A stretch of DNA of 64,000 nucleotides from an uncultured Candidatus Saccharibacteria bacterium (GTDB taxonomy: Bacteria; Patescibacteriota; Minisyncoccia; Phycocordibacterales; UBA9973): assembly GCA_964527185.1 (NCBI GenBank), contig CAZGOI010000002.1, positions 31,513 through 95,512 of the forward strand, given 5' to 3'. Within the stretch, counting starts at the first letter, position 1, and every line of letters starts with the position of its first letter. A program made the position numbers and the translations under genes. This document shows positions 54,824 through 62,934 of the stretch, piece by piece. The notes beneath the pieces are model-generated. The model did no database searches. It worked only from the letters and a program-made list of their open reading frames with translations, and was not told the DNA's origin.

Positions 54824-54861
54824 AACTAAAAAATCCTCCGTTATTGGAGGATTTTTTAGTT
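54824..54861. terminator. Bidirectional terminator between convergent genes
   Basis: AACTAAAAAATCCTCC-GTTATT-GGAGGATTTTTTAGTT. Confidence 0.82.
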
Positions 54862-54869
54862 TAGATATT

Positions 54870-55319
54870 TTATCTAGTGAGTGATATTACAGCAGATGTA
54901 CCATCACTTGTAGACTGAGGTGCTGCAATTGTAACTTGCTTAGTAGTGCTATCTTGCTTAACGGTGTAACCCGTATCATAGTTTGTTACATCAGTCCAAG
55001 AACCAGTTTGTGGATCGACTGGCATTACAGCTAGATAAGAACTCAAACAAGGTGCAACATTAACTCCACCAGATGCACTCTTCATATCGGTTGCGGTAGT
55101 AGGTAGTGAAACGGCACAAGTGAATATACCTTTATTGTCGACCATATTTTGTTGAATAGCATTCAAAACTGCTTCGACATTGGCTTGTCTCTGGGAGTTT
55201 CTAGAGTCTTGGAATCTTTTTGCAGGGTTTACCGCTACAAGCACTATGGCTGCTAGAATTGCAATAATACCGATGACTACCAAAACTTCAATAAGCGTAA
55301 AACCTTTATTTTTCTTCAT
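54870..55319 (-). CDS. Type IV pilin (probable major pilin)
   Basis: MKKNKG/FTLIEVLVVIGIIAILAAIV; disulfide Cys pair; P.DP motif. Confidence 0.92.
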   Translation of the reverse strand: MKKNKGFTLIEVLVVIGIIAILAAIVLVAVNPAKRFQDSRNSQRQANVEAVLNAIQQNMVDNKGIFTCAVSLPTTATDMKSASGGVNVAPCLSSYLAVMPVDPQTGSWTDVTNYDTGYTVKQDSTTKQVTIAAPQSTSDGTSAVISLTR

Positions 55320-55411
55320 AATATTTTGGCTAATAACCTACTCTTCGACTTATTTTTAATATGCTTGCCATACTATCATTAGATAAGCACTTTGTAAAGG
55401 AAGATTATTCA

Positions 55412-55819
55412 CTACTGCTCTTGCCAAGAAACTACGGACATATTGGTTGAGTTTAAAATAATTTGAAATGTAGAATAGTAAGTATTGTTATAATTAGCCT
55501 TGGTTACGATAGTTATATTACCAGACCGTGGCGGATTAGGATTTATAGAATAAATATCACATTTATTAGTACCAATTGGTATGGCATGATCTATCGAAAC
55601 TAAATTGTAATTTAGATCATTAGATAGTTTTATAATGGCCGTATCGGCACACGCTTCCGCTAGCGCATCACTTCTTTTTTTTAGTTCTGAATCAAGTATG
55701 TTGTAACGATTGTAAAAGCCCGTCAAACTTATATTTACCACAACCAACAACAAAACAACCGATATAATTATCGCAGAAATAAGCGCTATAAAACCAGAAG
55801 ATTTTTTATGATTAATCAT
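55412..55819 (-). CDS. PilX-like minor pilin
   Basis: SG/FIALISAIII without E5; ALAEAC. Confidence 0.75.
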   Translation of the reverse strand: MINHKKSSGFIALISAIIISVVLLLVVVNISLTGFYNRYNILDSELKKRSDALAEACADTAIIKLSNDLNYNLVSIDHAIPIGTNKCDIYSINPNPPRSGNITIVTKANYNNTYYSTFQIILNSTNMSVVSWQEQ

Positions 55820-56289
55820 TTCCTTATGTACTTAGTTGTAGTAAAATCAAGACCATCTATGGTAGCTATCGCGGTGATACCCGACGGGCTTCCGCTTATA
55901 CTAGAAAATTTAAGACAACTAATTGATACATTTGATGTCGTTAGCGGATAATACGCTCCTCCGTGTTCACTGATTTCTATATAATTTACTCCACTGACGG
56001 TATTAAATCTAATGGCAATAGGGCTAAGTGATGCATCAGATTTGGTTACAGATAGACTTTGGTTACACGCGGTCCCAGCAATTATAGGAATGGTGCTTGG
56101 GTCAATACCAGATAGGGCCCAATCTAGTTTTCTCAAGACAAAATTAGCTTCTTCTTGAGTAGTATTTTTTGAATTTAGTTTATTAGAAGAATCAAAAAGT
56201 TGGTACGTCACAGCAAAAGCACTACCTATGAGTATAGAAAAAAGTGCAACATAAACAATAACCTCAATCAATGTAAAACCTTTTGTCAT
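55816..56289 (-). CDS. Minor type IV pilin
   Basis: KG/FTLIEVIVYVALF. Confidence 0.88.
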   Translation of the reverse strand: MTKGFTLIEVIVYVALFSILIGSAFAVTYQLFDSSNKLNSKNTTQEEANFVLRKLDWALSGIDPSTIPIIAGTACNQSLSVTKSDASLSPIAIRFNTVSGVNYIEISEHGGAYYPLTTSNVSISCLKFSSISGSPSGITAIATIDGLDFTTTKYIRK

Positions 56290-56294
56290 TTATT

Positions 56295-57824
56295 TTACTG
56301 GCCGTTATAAATAATTCTCAGTGCATCATTACCCTGGCTTGCTACATAGACCCAACTGTCTTGATATTTTATACCATTGTATATTACATTGGGGAAGTTG
56401 AAATTACTAACACGGGTCAAATTACTTGGACTCGATGTCCAAGCTTGAAATTCATTACTAAGTTTTGCCGTAGCCAAGAAAGCAAATGACCCACTTACAG
56501 ATAGACCTATGACACTTGTTCCGATATCAGCCTGACCAATGAGCGGTAGAGCAGATCCACTCAAAGGATTACTAATATCATAAACAAACAAATCAGAACC
56601 TGATGGATCAGACATACGACCAAAATATAAATAACTGCCTATTGCATAAACAGCTTGCCCATCTTGATATTTAGAGAAACTTGGTTCGGCGCTCGTTGCC
56701 TCGTTTACATTTATGGTTGACGGAGGGTAAGTGATGTCATAGACACTAAGTGGTGCAGAATTTTTGTCTGTCGCCATATATACAACATAGTGTGTCACAC
56801 TTGAAATTATTTTTTTTGTTACAACTAAACCCTCGACTGTTCTCCCAAGGTCTGTACCAGTGCCTATCTCACTTGGTTTTGTCGGGTCAGACACATCAAA
56901 AACATGTAATTCCGGGCCAGCTGTAAATTGAGTGACAACATAAACTTTATTATCAAAATAATACAACCTCCAAGCAGCAGGGTAGGAGCCAGAGACTCCA
57001 GCTAAAGATTTTACGGCCTTCGAGACTGGGGCAGTTGGCGTCGTAACATCTATGACCTCAAATTGACCTGCATTTGTTCCTGTGTCTCGAGCTGCAAATG
57101 CATATATCTTACCATTTTGGTATTTTGCTACTCTTATATCGTTCATTTTTGCATATTTTGAATAACCAATGCTATCGTCAAAGCCATTTGTAAAGCTAAG
57201 GAATAACCCACTACTTGTTCCTTGTGCGACACCATTTGTATCTGCAATTTCTAAAAATGGGGTCTTGTCTGCACTCATATAGACAATTTTACTCAAAACG
57301 TCAAGGCCAGTTGGTTTCCCTGGGTTAAAATTACTCGAAGCCCAGGTTGCCGGCGGATTCCAACCAGATGGTGGCGGAGTCGAATCGCATGTCCCACCGA
57401 GCGCCACAGCACTCGAAATATCACCGAGATGTGTCGTAAAATCAATACTAAGGTTGCGAGTACCCTCAGTCCAGCTAGTCGAACTCTTTATATCTTCTCC
57501 GCACTGTGTTATTGATGTTGGGTCTATGGCCAGTATTCTATTGTAGAATGAATCATAAGTCCCGCTACACTTTGCGGATGAAGAATCGTCGCAATTTTTT
57601 ACTGAGCTATAATCATTACGCGAGTCAGCTCTGGCTTTTTCAAGTAAAGCTTGCGCTTTAAATATCGCCTCATTGTTTATTTGTGAATCGACTGTTACAG
57701 ATTGATTACTAAAAGCTACTACTATGATAGCGCTCATACAAACAATCACGATAGAAAAAGCTATGAGAATCTCAAGTGTCGACATTCCGCTATTTAATTT
57801 TTTACCAAGTAATTGTACCTTCAT
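56295..57824 (-). CDS. Large pilin-like protein with C-terminal beta-propeller (LVIVD-like repeats)
   Basis: SG/MSTLEILIA; repeated FEVIDVTTP, LHVFDVSDP, LFVYDISNP. Confidence 0.8.
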   Translation of the reverse strand: MKVQLLGKKLNSGMSTLEILIAFSIVIVCMSAIIVVAFSNQSVTVDSQINNEAIFKAQALLEKARADSRNDYSSVKNCDDSSSAKCSGTYDSFYNRILAIDPTSITQCGEDIKSSTSWTEGTRNLSIDFTTHLGDISSAVALGGTCDSTPPPSGWNPPATWASSNFNPGKPTGLDVLSKIVYMSADKTPFLEIADTNGVAQGTSSGLFLSFTNGFDDSIGYSKYAKMNDIRVAKYQNGKIYAFAARDTGTNAGQFEVIDVTTPTAPVSKAVKSLAGVSGSYPAAWRLYYFDNKVYVVTQFTAGPELHVFDVSDPTKPSEIGTGTDLGRTVEGLVVTKKIISSVTHYVVYMATDKNSAPLSVYDITYPPSTINVNEATSAEPSFSKYQDGQAVYAIGSYLYFGRMSDPSGSDLFVYDISNPLSGSALPLIGQADIGTSVIGLSVSGSFAFLATAKLSNEFQAWTSSPSNLTRVSNFNFPNVIYNGIKYQDSWVYVASQGNDALRIIYNGQ

Positions 57825-58278
57825 TGTTTATTAAAATATGAGCTGATTTTGTGCCATCGGTCAAGAGTATATCAATCGGAGCGGTACCTACATCTCCACT
57901 CAATCTAGTAAAATTAATAATAGGAAATTTAGCAGAACTTGAAAAACTAGAATAAGAAGCTATATTTGCATTTGCCGGAATCAATTCATTGCTCGATACA
58001 CCATTAACACAGTGACCATCTGCTTCTCTAAAAATAACATAATTTGGAGCTATATAGCAGACACCGTGAGAGGTATCATACATGTTTGCCATAGACCTCG
58101 ACCGCGCTTTTTCTAGTATTGATACTATAGTATATTCTTCTGTTCTAAAAGTATCACTACTGAAAACATTCACATTAATAAATGAACCAAAAGTTATGAT
58201 CATTCCGATTACTGCTATGACTATTAATATCTCGATAATAGTCATGCCCGATTGCCTTTTATTATATAATAGTCTCAT
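57802..58278 (-). CDS. Minor type IV pilin (FimT/GspH-like)
   Basis: SG/MTIIEILIVIAVI; ARSRSM; INFTRLSG; INNEG. Confidence 0.85.
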   Translation of the reverse strand: MRLLYNKRQSGMTIIEILIVIAVIGMIITFGSFINVNVFSSDTFRTEEYTIVSILEKARSRSMANMYDTSHGVCYIAPNYVIFREADGHCVNGVSSNELIPANANIASYSSFSSSAKFPIINFTRLSGDVGTAPIDILLTDGTKSAHILINNEGTITW

Positions 58279-58287
58279 ATGGTTCTA

Positions 58288-59394
58288 CTATTTTACGTGT
58301 AGGTGTTGGGTTATGCCATAAATCGGGGTAATAATTGATACTGCCACAAGGCCAACCATAGCCCCCATAACCACCATAAGCACCGGCTCGATTGAGTTTG
58401 AAAGATTCTTCGTTAACTCTTGAAATTCATTATCGTAATATTCAGAAAGATAAATAAGAGTGTTAGACAAATTACCACTCTTCTCTCCTATGGCAATCAT
58501 ATGACCTATCATAAGCGGGAAAAGATTGGGATATTTTTTAATGATCTCTGATATATTTTTTCCTTTAATAACATCTCGAGACATTTTTTCAAATGCCGTT
58601 TTGTATTGTAGGTTATCTGTTGTTTCCGCTGTGACAAAAAGAGCTTCATTTACCGGCATACCGCTTTTAAGCAAAAGCCCAAAAGTTCTTGTCGTGTTTG
58701 CCAGATTATAATTTTTGGCAATTTTACCAAATAATGGAATTTTGATAATAAGACCATCATATAACATCCTGACTTTTTTATTGTGTTTAATTATTAAAAT
58801 CAATGACACTATGAAAACAATAAGTCCAATCAAGATATACATACCTTCATTCTTTATCAAATCACTAACCCATATGAGGGCTCTTGTTGTCGGCGGTAAT
58901 TCTGCTCTAAGGCTTTTGAAAATCGGCAAGATTTTTGGAAAGACATAAAGTATCAAAAGCACAGTAATTCCAATCGTCGCGACTGTTATTATCACAGGGT
59001 ATAGAAGGGCACTCATAATTTTCTTTTTTAAAATACGTCGTTTATTTAGTTCATCCGCCAGATAGCTCAAGTTTTGAGTTAGGTTACCACTCGACTCGCC
59101 AGATTTTATTAGATTAATAGCGAAATTACCAAAAGATCTTTTAAAGCGGCCTAGGCTTGTCGCTAGTGATTGACCGTTAGCGATATCAGCCATAACTCGT
59201 TTAAGAATTTTTGCTTTACTTTTTGATTTTGTTTGCGCCACAATAAGACTCATGCTTTCAAGCATCGGTATTCCTGCTTTAACCAAAAACGATAGACGCT
59301 TGGCAAAAAAAGTTTGGTCTTTGATAGAAAAACTAGAATAAGAAATAGCCCCTATCTTATTTACAGCACTTAATTTTTTTTTTATTTTATTCAT
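58288..59394 (-). CDS. pilC: Type IV pilus/T2SS platform protein (PilC/GspF family)
   Basis: Two GE.SGNL motifs, SALLYP, IEP, PIY. Confidence 0.92.
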   Translation of the reverse strand: MNKIKKKLSAVNKIGAISYSSFSIKDQTFFAKRLSFLVKAGIPMLESMSLIVAQTKSKSKAKILKRVMADIANGQSLATSLGRFKRSFGNFAINLIKSGESSGNLTQNLSYLADELNKRRILKKKIMSALLYPVIITVATIGITVLLILYVFPKILPIFKSLRAELPPTTRALIWVSDLIKNEGMYILIGLIVFIVSLILIIKHNKKVRMLYDGLIIKIPLFGKIAKNYNLANTTRTFGLLLKSGMPVNEALFVTAETTDNLQYKTAFEKMSRDVIKGKNISEIIKKYPNLFPLMIGHMIAIGEKSGNLSNTLIYLSEYYDNEFQELTKNLSNSIEPVLMVVMGAMVGLVAVSIITPIYGITQHLHVK

Positions 59395-60607
59395 GAGTAA
59401 CTCTCAAGATTTCAGCAACAGTTGTTAACCCATCTAGGGCTTTGTTCAGACCGTCTATCATCATGGTATTCATACCGTTTAGAACTGCCAACTTTTTTAT
59501 ATCCGACGAAGAAGCCTTATTTAAAATTGCATTTCTAATATTGTCGTCTGCAACTAAAACCTCGGCCACTACTATTCTACCTCTATAACCAGTGTTATTA
59601 CACTTGTCACACCCTTTGCCATAATAAAAATTTGCCTCCTTACTTAAAATATTTTTTGGTAAAACTTCAGACAGCCTGTTGTATTCTTCAGGTGTCATTT
59701 TTCTGCTTCCTTTACAACTGTCGCATATTTTTCTAATCAAACGCTGACCGATAGCAATACTAACAGTTGAAGACACAAGGAACGGTTCGATTTTCATGTC
59801 GAGTAATCTTGGCAATGTCGTGGCGGCATCGTTTGTATGTAAGGTCGATAGCAAGAGGTGACCAGTCAGTGCAGTGTTGACAGCGATCCCAGCTGTTTCG
59901 ATGTCTCGAATTTCACCAACCATGATGATATTTGGGTCTTGACGAAGTATCGAACGCAGGCCATTTGCAAAAGTTAAGCCAGTTCTCGAGTTGACTTGAA
60001 TCTGTTCGATTCCGCCGATCGCGTATTCGATTGGGTCCTCGATCGTGATGATTGATATTTCATCAGACTTTAGCATTTTAATGAGAGTATATAATGTTGT
60101 TGTTTTTCCAGAGCCGGTTGGGCCAGTTACTAGGATCATTCCCGTTGGTTTTTTGATAGCTCTATTGATTTTCTCTTGGTCAGACTTTGTGAACCCAAGT
60201 GTTTCAAGAGTGAAATTTTCAGCATTGTCTGAGAGTATTCGTAGCACCGCATTTTCACCATGATATGTCGGCACGATCGAGACTCTTATATCTATATTCT
60301 GTTGGTTTGCCATTGCGCTTCGAAAGCGCCCGTCTTGGGCGGCATTGTGCTCGTCGGTTCGCAATCCAGATAGAACTTTTATACGAGAGATTATTTCTGA
60401 ATGAATATTTTTTGGAAGGGTATAAGAATTTTCTAGAACGCCATCGACACGGAAACGAACTCTGAGAGAACCCTCTTCTGGGTCGATATGTATGTCTGAA
60501 GCTCTAATTTTGCACGCATACTCCAATATCGAGTCTATTATATTTATAATAGACATATTGACACCCTTGGCGAGCTCATTCTCTACTATTTGCTTAAATT
60601 CATCCAT
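59387..60607 (-). CDS. pilB: Type IV pilus assembly ATPase (PilB/GspE), lacking N-terminal domain
   Basis: ASDIHIDP, GPTGSGKTTT, TIEDPIEY, LRQDPN, GEIRD, TGHL..STLH, tetra-Cys. Confidence 0.93.
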   Translation of the reverse strand: MDEFKQIVENELAKGVNMSIINIIDSILEYACKIRASDIHIDPEEGSLRVRFRVDGVLENSYTLPKNIHSEIISRIKVLSGLRTDEHNAAQDGRFRSAMANQQNIDIRVSIVPTYHGENAVLRILSDNAENFTLETLGFTKSDQEKINRAIKKPTGMILVTGPTGSGKTTTLYTLIKMLKSDEISIITIEDPIEYAIGGIEQIQVNSRTGLTFANGLRSILRQDPNIIMVGEIRDIETAGIAVNTALTGHLLLSTLHTNDAATTLPRLLDMKIEPFLVSSTVSIAIGQRLIRKICDSCKGSRKMTPEEYNRLSEVLPKNILSKEANFYYGKGCDKCNNTGYRGRIVVAEVLVADDNIRNAILNKASSSDIKKLAVLNGMNTMMIDGLNKALDGLTTVAEILRVTHE

Positions 60608-60740
60608 AAAATATAGGGATTTTATATCCCTAAGATTAGATTATACTACAATATTTTGTTGATTTTATCAAGTAAATTTATAATTTTTAATATTGCAAAA
60701 AAGCTTAAATATGGGTAAGATAAAAAGCGTTATCTTTTCT

Positions 60741-60813
60741 GGGCCCTTAGCTTAGTTGGTAGAGCGCCTCATTTGCAATGAGGAGGTCAGGAGTTCGAAT
60801 CTCCTAGGGTCCA
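60741..60813 (+). tRNA. tRNA-Ala(UGC); CCA not encoded
   Basis: GGGCCCTTAGCTTAGTTGGTAGAGCGCCTCATTTGCAATGAGGAGGTCAGGAGTTCGAATCTCCTAGGGTCCA; G3-U70 pair. Confidence 0.96.
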
Positions 60814-60887
60814 CAAACTTGACTTATCTATAATTTCATGATAGCTTGAGCACAAGCAAACCCAAATATTCACAAAAATCTTTTAAA

Positions 60888-61463
60888 ATGAACAATACAA
60901 AAATTCATTTACCTCGTTCATATTATGGAAATGATATGAGGGAAAATGTAAAGATTGAACCTTTGTCACTTCCGACAATCTATTTAGCTGGGCCCGTACG
61001 TAATGCTCCAAAATGGCAGGAAGAGGCAATAAAACTTCTGCTTGAAGAAAATGAAGAGGTGTTTGTTGCATCTCCGACAAGAGTACTCTCTGCTGAGTTG
61101 ATACAATTTGTTGAAAAGGATGATCCTTCAAAATACCAAACATTTGAAAGGCAGAGAGCTTGGGAACGATATTACTTAAATGGCGCGTCTCAAAATGGTT
61201 GTATTGTTTTCTGGCTTCCAAAAGCACTTGAGCCAAAAGAATTTCCCAATAAACAATATGCACATATCACAATGATGGAACTTGGCGAATGGATCGCAAG
61301 AAAAAAAGCAAACAAAAATATCAACATCATTTTGGGTACCGATGGAGAGTTTCCTGAATGGTCAATCATTCACTATGAAATCTTAAGTGAAATTCCAGGA
61401 GTACAAATTTTCAGTTCTATCAAAAACATAATTTATACAGCTTTTGGGCTTTGCAGTATATAA
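60888..61463 (+). CDS. Nucleoside 2-deoxyribosyltransferase-like (NDT fold) protein; start uncertain (60846/60888/60936)
   Basis: IYLAGP..WQ, ERQRAWERYYL..A..IVFWLP, TMMELGEW. Confidence 0.75.
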   Translation: MNNTKIHLPRSYYGNDMRENVKIEPLSLPTIYLAGPVRNAPKWQEEAIKLLLEENEEVFVASPTRVLSAELIQFVEKDDPSKYQTFERQRAWERYYLNGASQNGCIVFWLPKALEPKEFPNKQYAHITMMELGEWIARKKANKNINIILGTDGEFPEWSIIHYEILSEIPGVQIFSSIKNIIYTAFGLCSI

Positions 61464-61493
61464 ATTTATGTAGATGAAAATTTCTTCTGTACC

Positions 61494-61523
61494 GAACCCG
61501 TCATTCGTGATGGGTTCTTTTTT
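61494..61523 (+). terminator. Terminator of cassette 1 gene
   Basis: GAACCCGTCA-TTCG-TGATGGGTTC-TTTTTT. Confidence 0.8.
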
Positions 61524-61617
61524 ATTTTGCTTTATCTGCATAGTGCTCCTTGAGAATATGGACCAGATAATTACACTCTCTTGAAAATTGGTTCCAGAAA
61601 AAATCTCCCAAGTCCAC
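61522..61617 (-). repeat. Repeat copy 1; encodes 31-codon frame VDLGDFFWNQFSRECNYLVHILKEHYADKAK*
   Basis: 41-bp block 61556-61596 identical to 62332-62372; ends in GTCCAC on the + strand. Confidence 0.88.
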
Positions 61618-61652
61618 CTTAGAAGACCTCGCCTTAAAAGCAAGGATTATAT

Positions 61653-61681
61653 TTGACATATATATAAAATAATGTTAATAT
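61653..61681 (+). promoter_or_regulatory. Sigma70-type promoter
   Basis: TTGACA-17 bp-TAATAT. Confidence 0.7.
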
Positions 61682-61711
61682 AAACTCAAACAATTAAAAA
61701 ATTATATAATC

Positions 61712-62248
61712 ATGACTAGTAACTATTCAAGTAGAAGTCATCATTTTGATAGTGATGGTTTCAGAGATTTCGTCTTTTTACTCGCAGAAAAAGGACTTTC
61801 AGCCAATAAAAAGTACTTTCCAGAGGATTATTACAAAAAACAAAGAGAGCCATGCTTTATGACTCATTACAATACCAATTACGAAAGAGCATGGGCGAGC
61901 CCTCTGATTTACAAACCTTATGCCTTATCAGTAATGCCTGCAAAACTTATGTTTGCAAGCATGAAAAAAGTGCAGGTTTTATTCGAAAATCCTCACCTTG
62001 TCGAAACCAGAACTGTAGCAAACAGAGAGTTAGGTATTTTTGGTGGAGGGGCAAGGTTTGATGCAAGTATTTTCGGATTAAGTGGTTTTGAGCCACGAAT
62101 TGATGAAGCCTGTGATATTGTAGGATGTCTTTGGGATAACAGAATAAGAGACCCGAAAGATATCATCCTTGAAACATGGAAGGATCCCGAGATTTCCAAT
62201 ATTGCAGAGGAGATTTTTTACCAAATGTTTGGTGAGATTGGTTGGTAA
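61712..62248 (+). CDS. Hypothetical protein
   Basis: 178-aa ORF with own promoter and terminator; no family recognised. Confidence 0.7.
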   Translation: MTSNYSSRSHHFDSDGFRDFVFLLAEKGLSANKKYFPEDYYKKQREPCFMTHYNTNYERAWASPLIYKPYALSVMPAKLMFASMKKVQVLFENPHLVETRTVANRELGIFGGGARFDASIFGLSGFEPRIDEACDIVGCLWDNRIRDPKDIILETWKDPEISNIAEEIFYQMFGEIGW

Positions 62249-62267
62249 AATAGTTTTTATTTTTATG

Positions 62268-62299
62268 ATGGCATATACCGAGCGTATGTGCCATTTTTT
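62268..62299 (+). terminator. Terminator of cassette 2 gene
   Basis: ATGGCATATAC-CGAGC-GTATGTGCCAT-TTTTT. Confidence 0.8.
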
Positions 62300-62393
62300 A
62301 TTCCACTTTATTTGCATAATGTTCCTTCAAGATATGGACCAGATAATTACACTCTCTTGAAAATTGGTTCCAAAAATGATATTCTAAGTCCAC
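62298..62393 (-). repeat. Repeat copy 2; encodes 31-codon frame VDLEYHFWNQFSRECNYLVHILKEHYANKVE*
   Basis: Ungapped match to copy 1 with synonymous substitutions; ends in GTCCAC on the + strand. Confidence 0.88.
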
Positions 62394-62444
62394 TATAATA
62401 AAAAATGCCAGCTACGAGATGTTTTTTCGTATGACGGTATTTGT

Positions 62445-62473
62445 TTGACAGAAAGAAAAAAATACTGTATTAT
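62445..62473 (+). promoter_or_regulatory. Sigma70-type promoter
   Basis: TTGACA-17 bp-TATTAT. Confidence 0.7.
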
Positions 62474-62496
62474 ATAGCCGAATAAAAAACTCAAGT

Positions 62497-62859
62497 ATGA
62501 TTATAAAGATTAAAGTTCTTTTGCATGTTTGTTCTAATATTAACCAAAACCCAAACAATATTGTTGAAGCCGCAGACTCTTTTGCTGGTTTTGTAATTCT
62601 GCCCCAAAAGGGAAATTACAGAGAAATTAAATATTTTCCTGAAAAAATTGAAGTAATTAAACCCAATGACATTTTTACAGCTATGGCAAATATTTCTTTT
62701 CAGGAAGTTGCCGACAAAATCACTAATTATTTTAAGTGTCCAGGAGTTTATGTTCTGCATCCTAAAATTACTACTCATGGACTAATGGTAACATACAGCC
62801 GTGGTGAATTAGAACGAAATATGTTGTTTTTAAAAATTGATTTTGAAGAACCTATATAG
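62497..62859 (+). CDS. Hypothetical protein
   Basis: 120-aa ORF with own promoter. Confidence 0.6.
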   Translation: MIIKIKVLLHVCSNINQNPNNIVEAADSFAGFVILPQKGNYREIKYFPEKIEVIKPNDIFTAMANISFQEVADKITNYFKCPGVYVLHPKITTHGLMVTYSRGELERNMLFLKIDFEEPI

Positions 62860-62934
62860 GTTCTTTTTTTATTCTTATTTTTTCTTTACATACCAATTTT
62901 AATTAGGCTATAATTAGGCTATAAAATTGTTTTT

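Larger units (their letters stand above)
60815..61617. mobile_element. Putative tRNA-anchored single-gene cassette 1
   Basis: Bounded by GTCCAC at 60809-60814 (tRNA end) and 61612-61617; contains promoter, one gene, terminator and conserved repeat. Confidence 0.55.
61618..62393. mobile_element. Putative tRNA-anchored single-gene cassette 2
   Basis: Bounded by GTCCAC at 61612-61617 and 62388-62393; same architecture as cassette 1. Confidence 0.55.

Noticed and set aside
61556-62372. 41-bp identical repeat as a CRISPR array
   Set aside because: Only two copies, 776 bp apart with a whole gene between them; no cas genes in the window.
61522-62393. Repeat as a classical integron attC site
   Set aside because: No RYYYAAC/GTTRRRY ends or long attC-type palindrome, no intI nearby, and the genes have their own promoters.
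62901-62922. 11-bp tandem AATTAGGCTAT upstream of the NRAMP gene as an operator
   Set aside because: Equally explained by a local duplication of a TATAAT-containing promoter segment; no further support.
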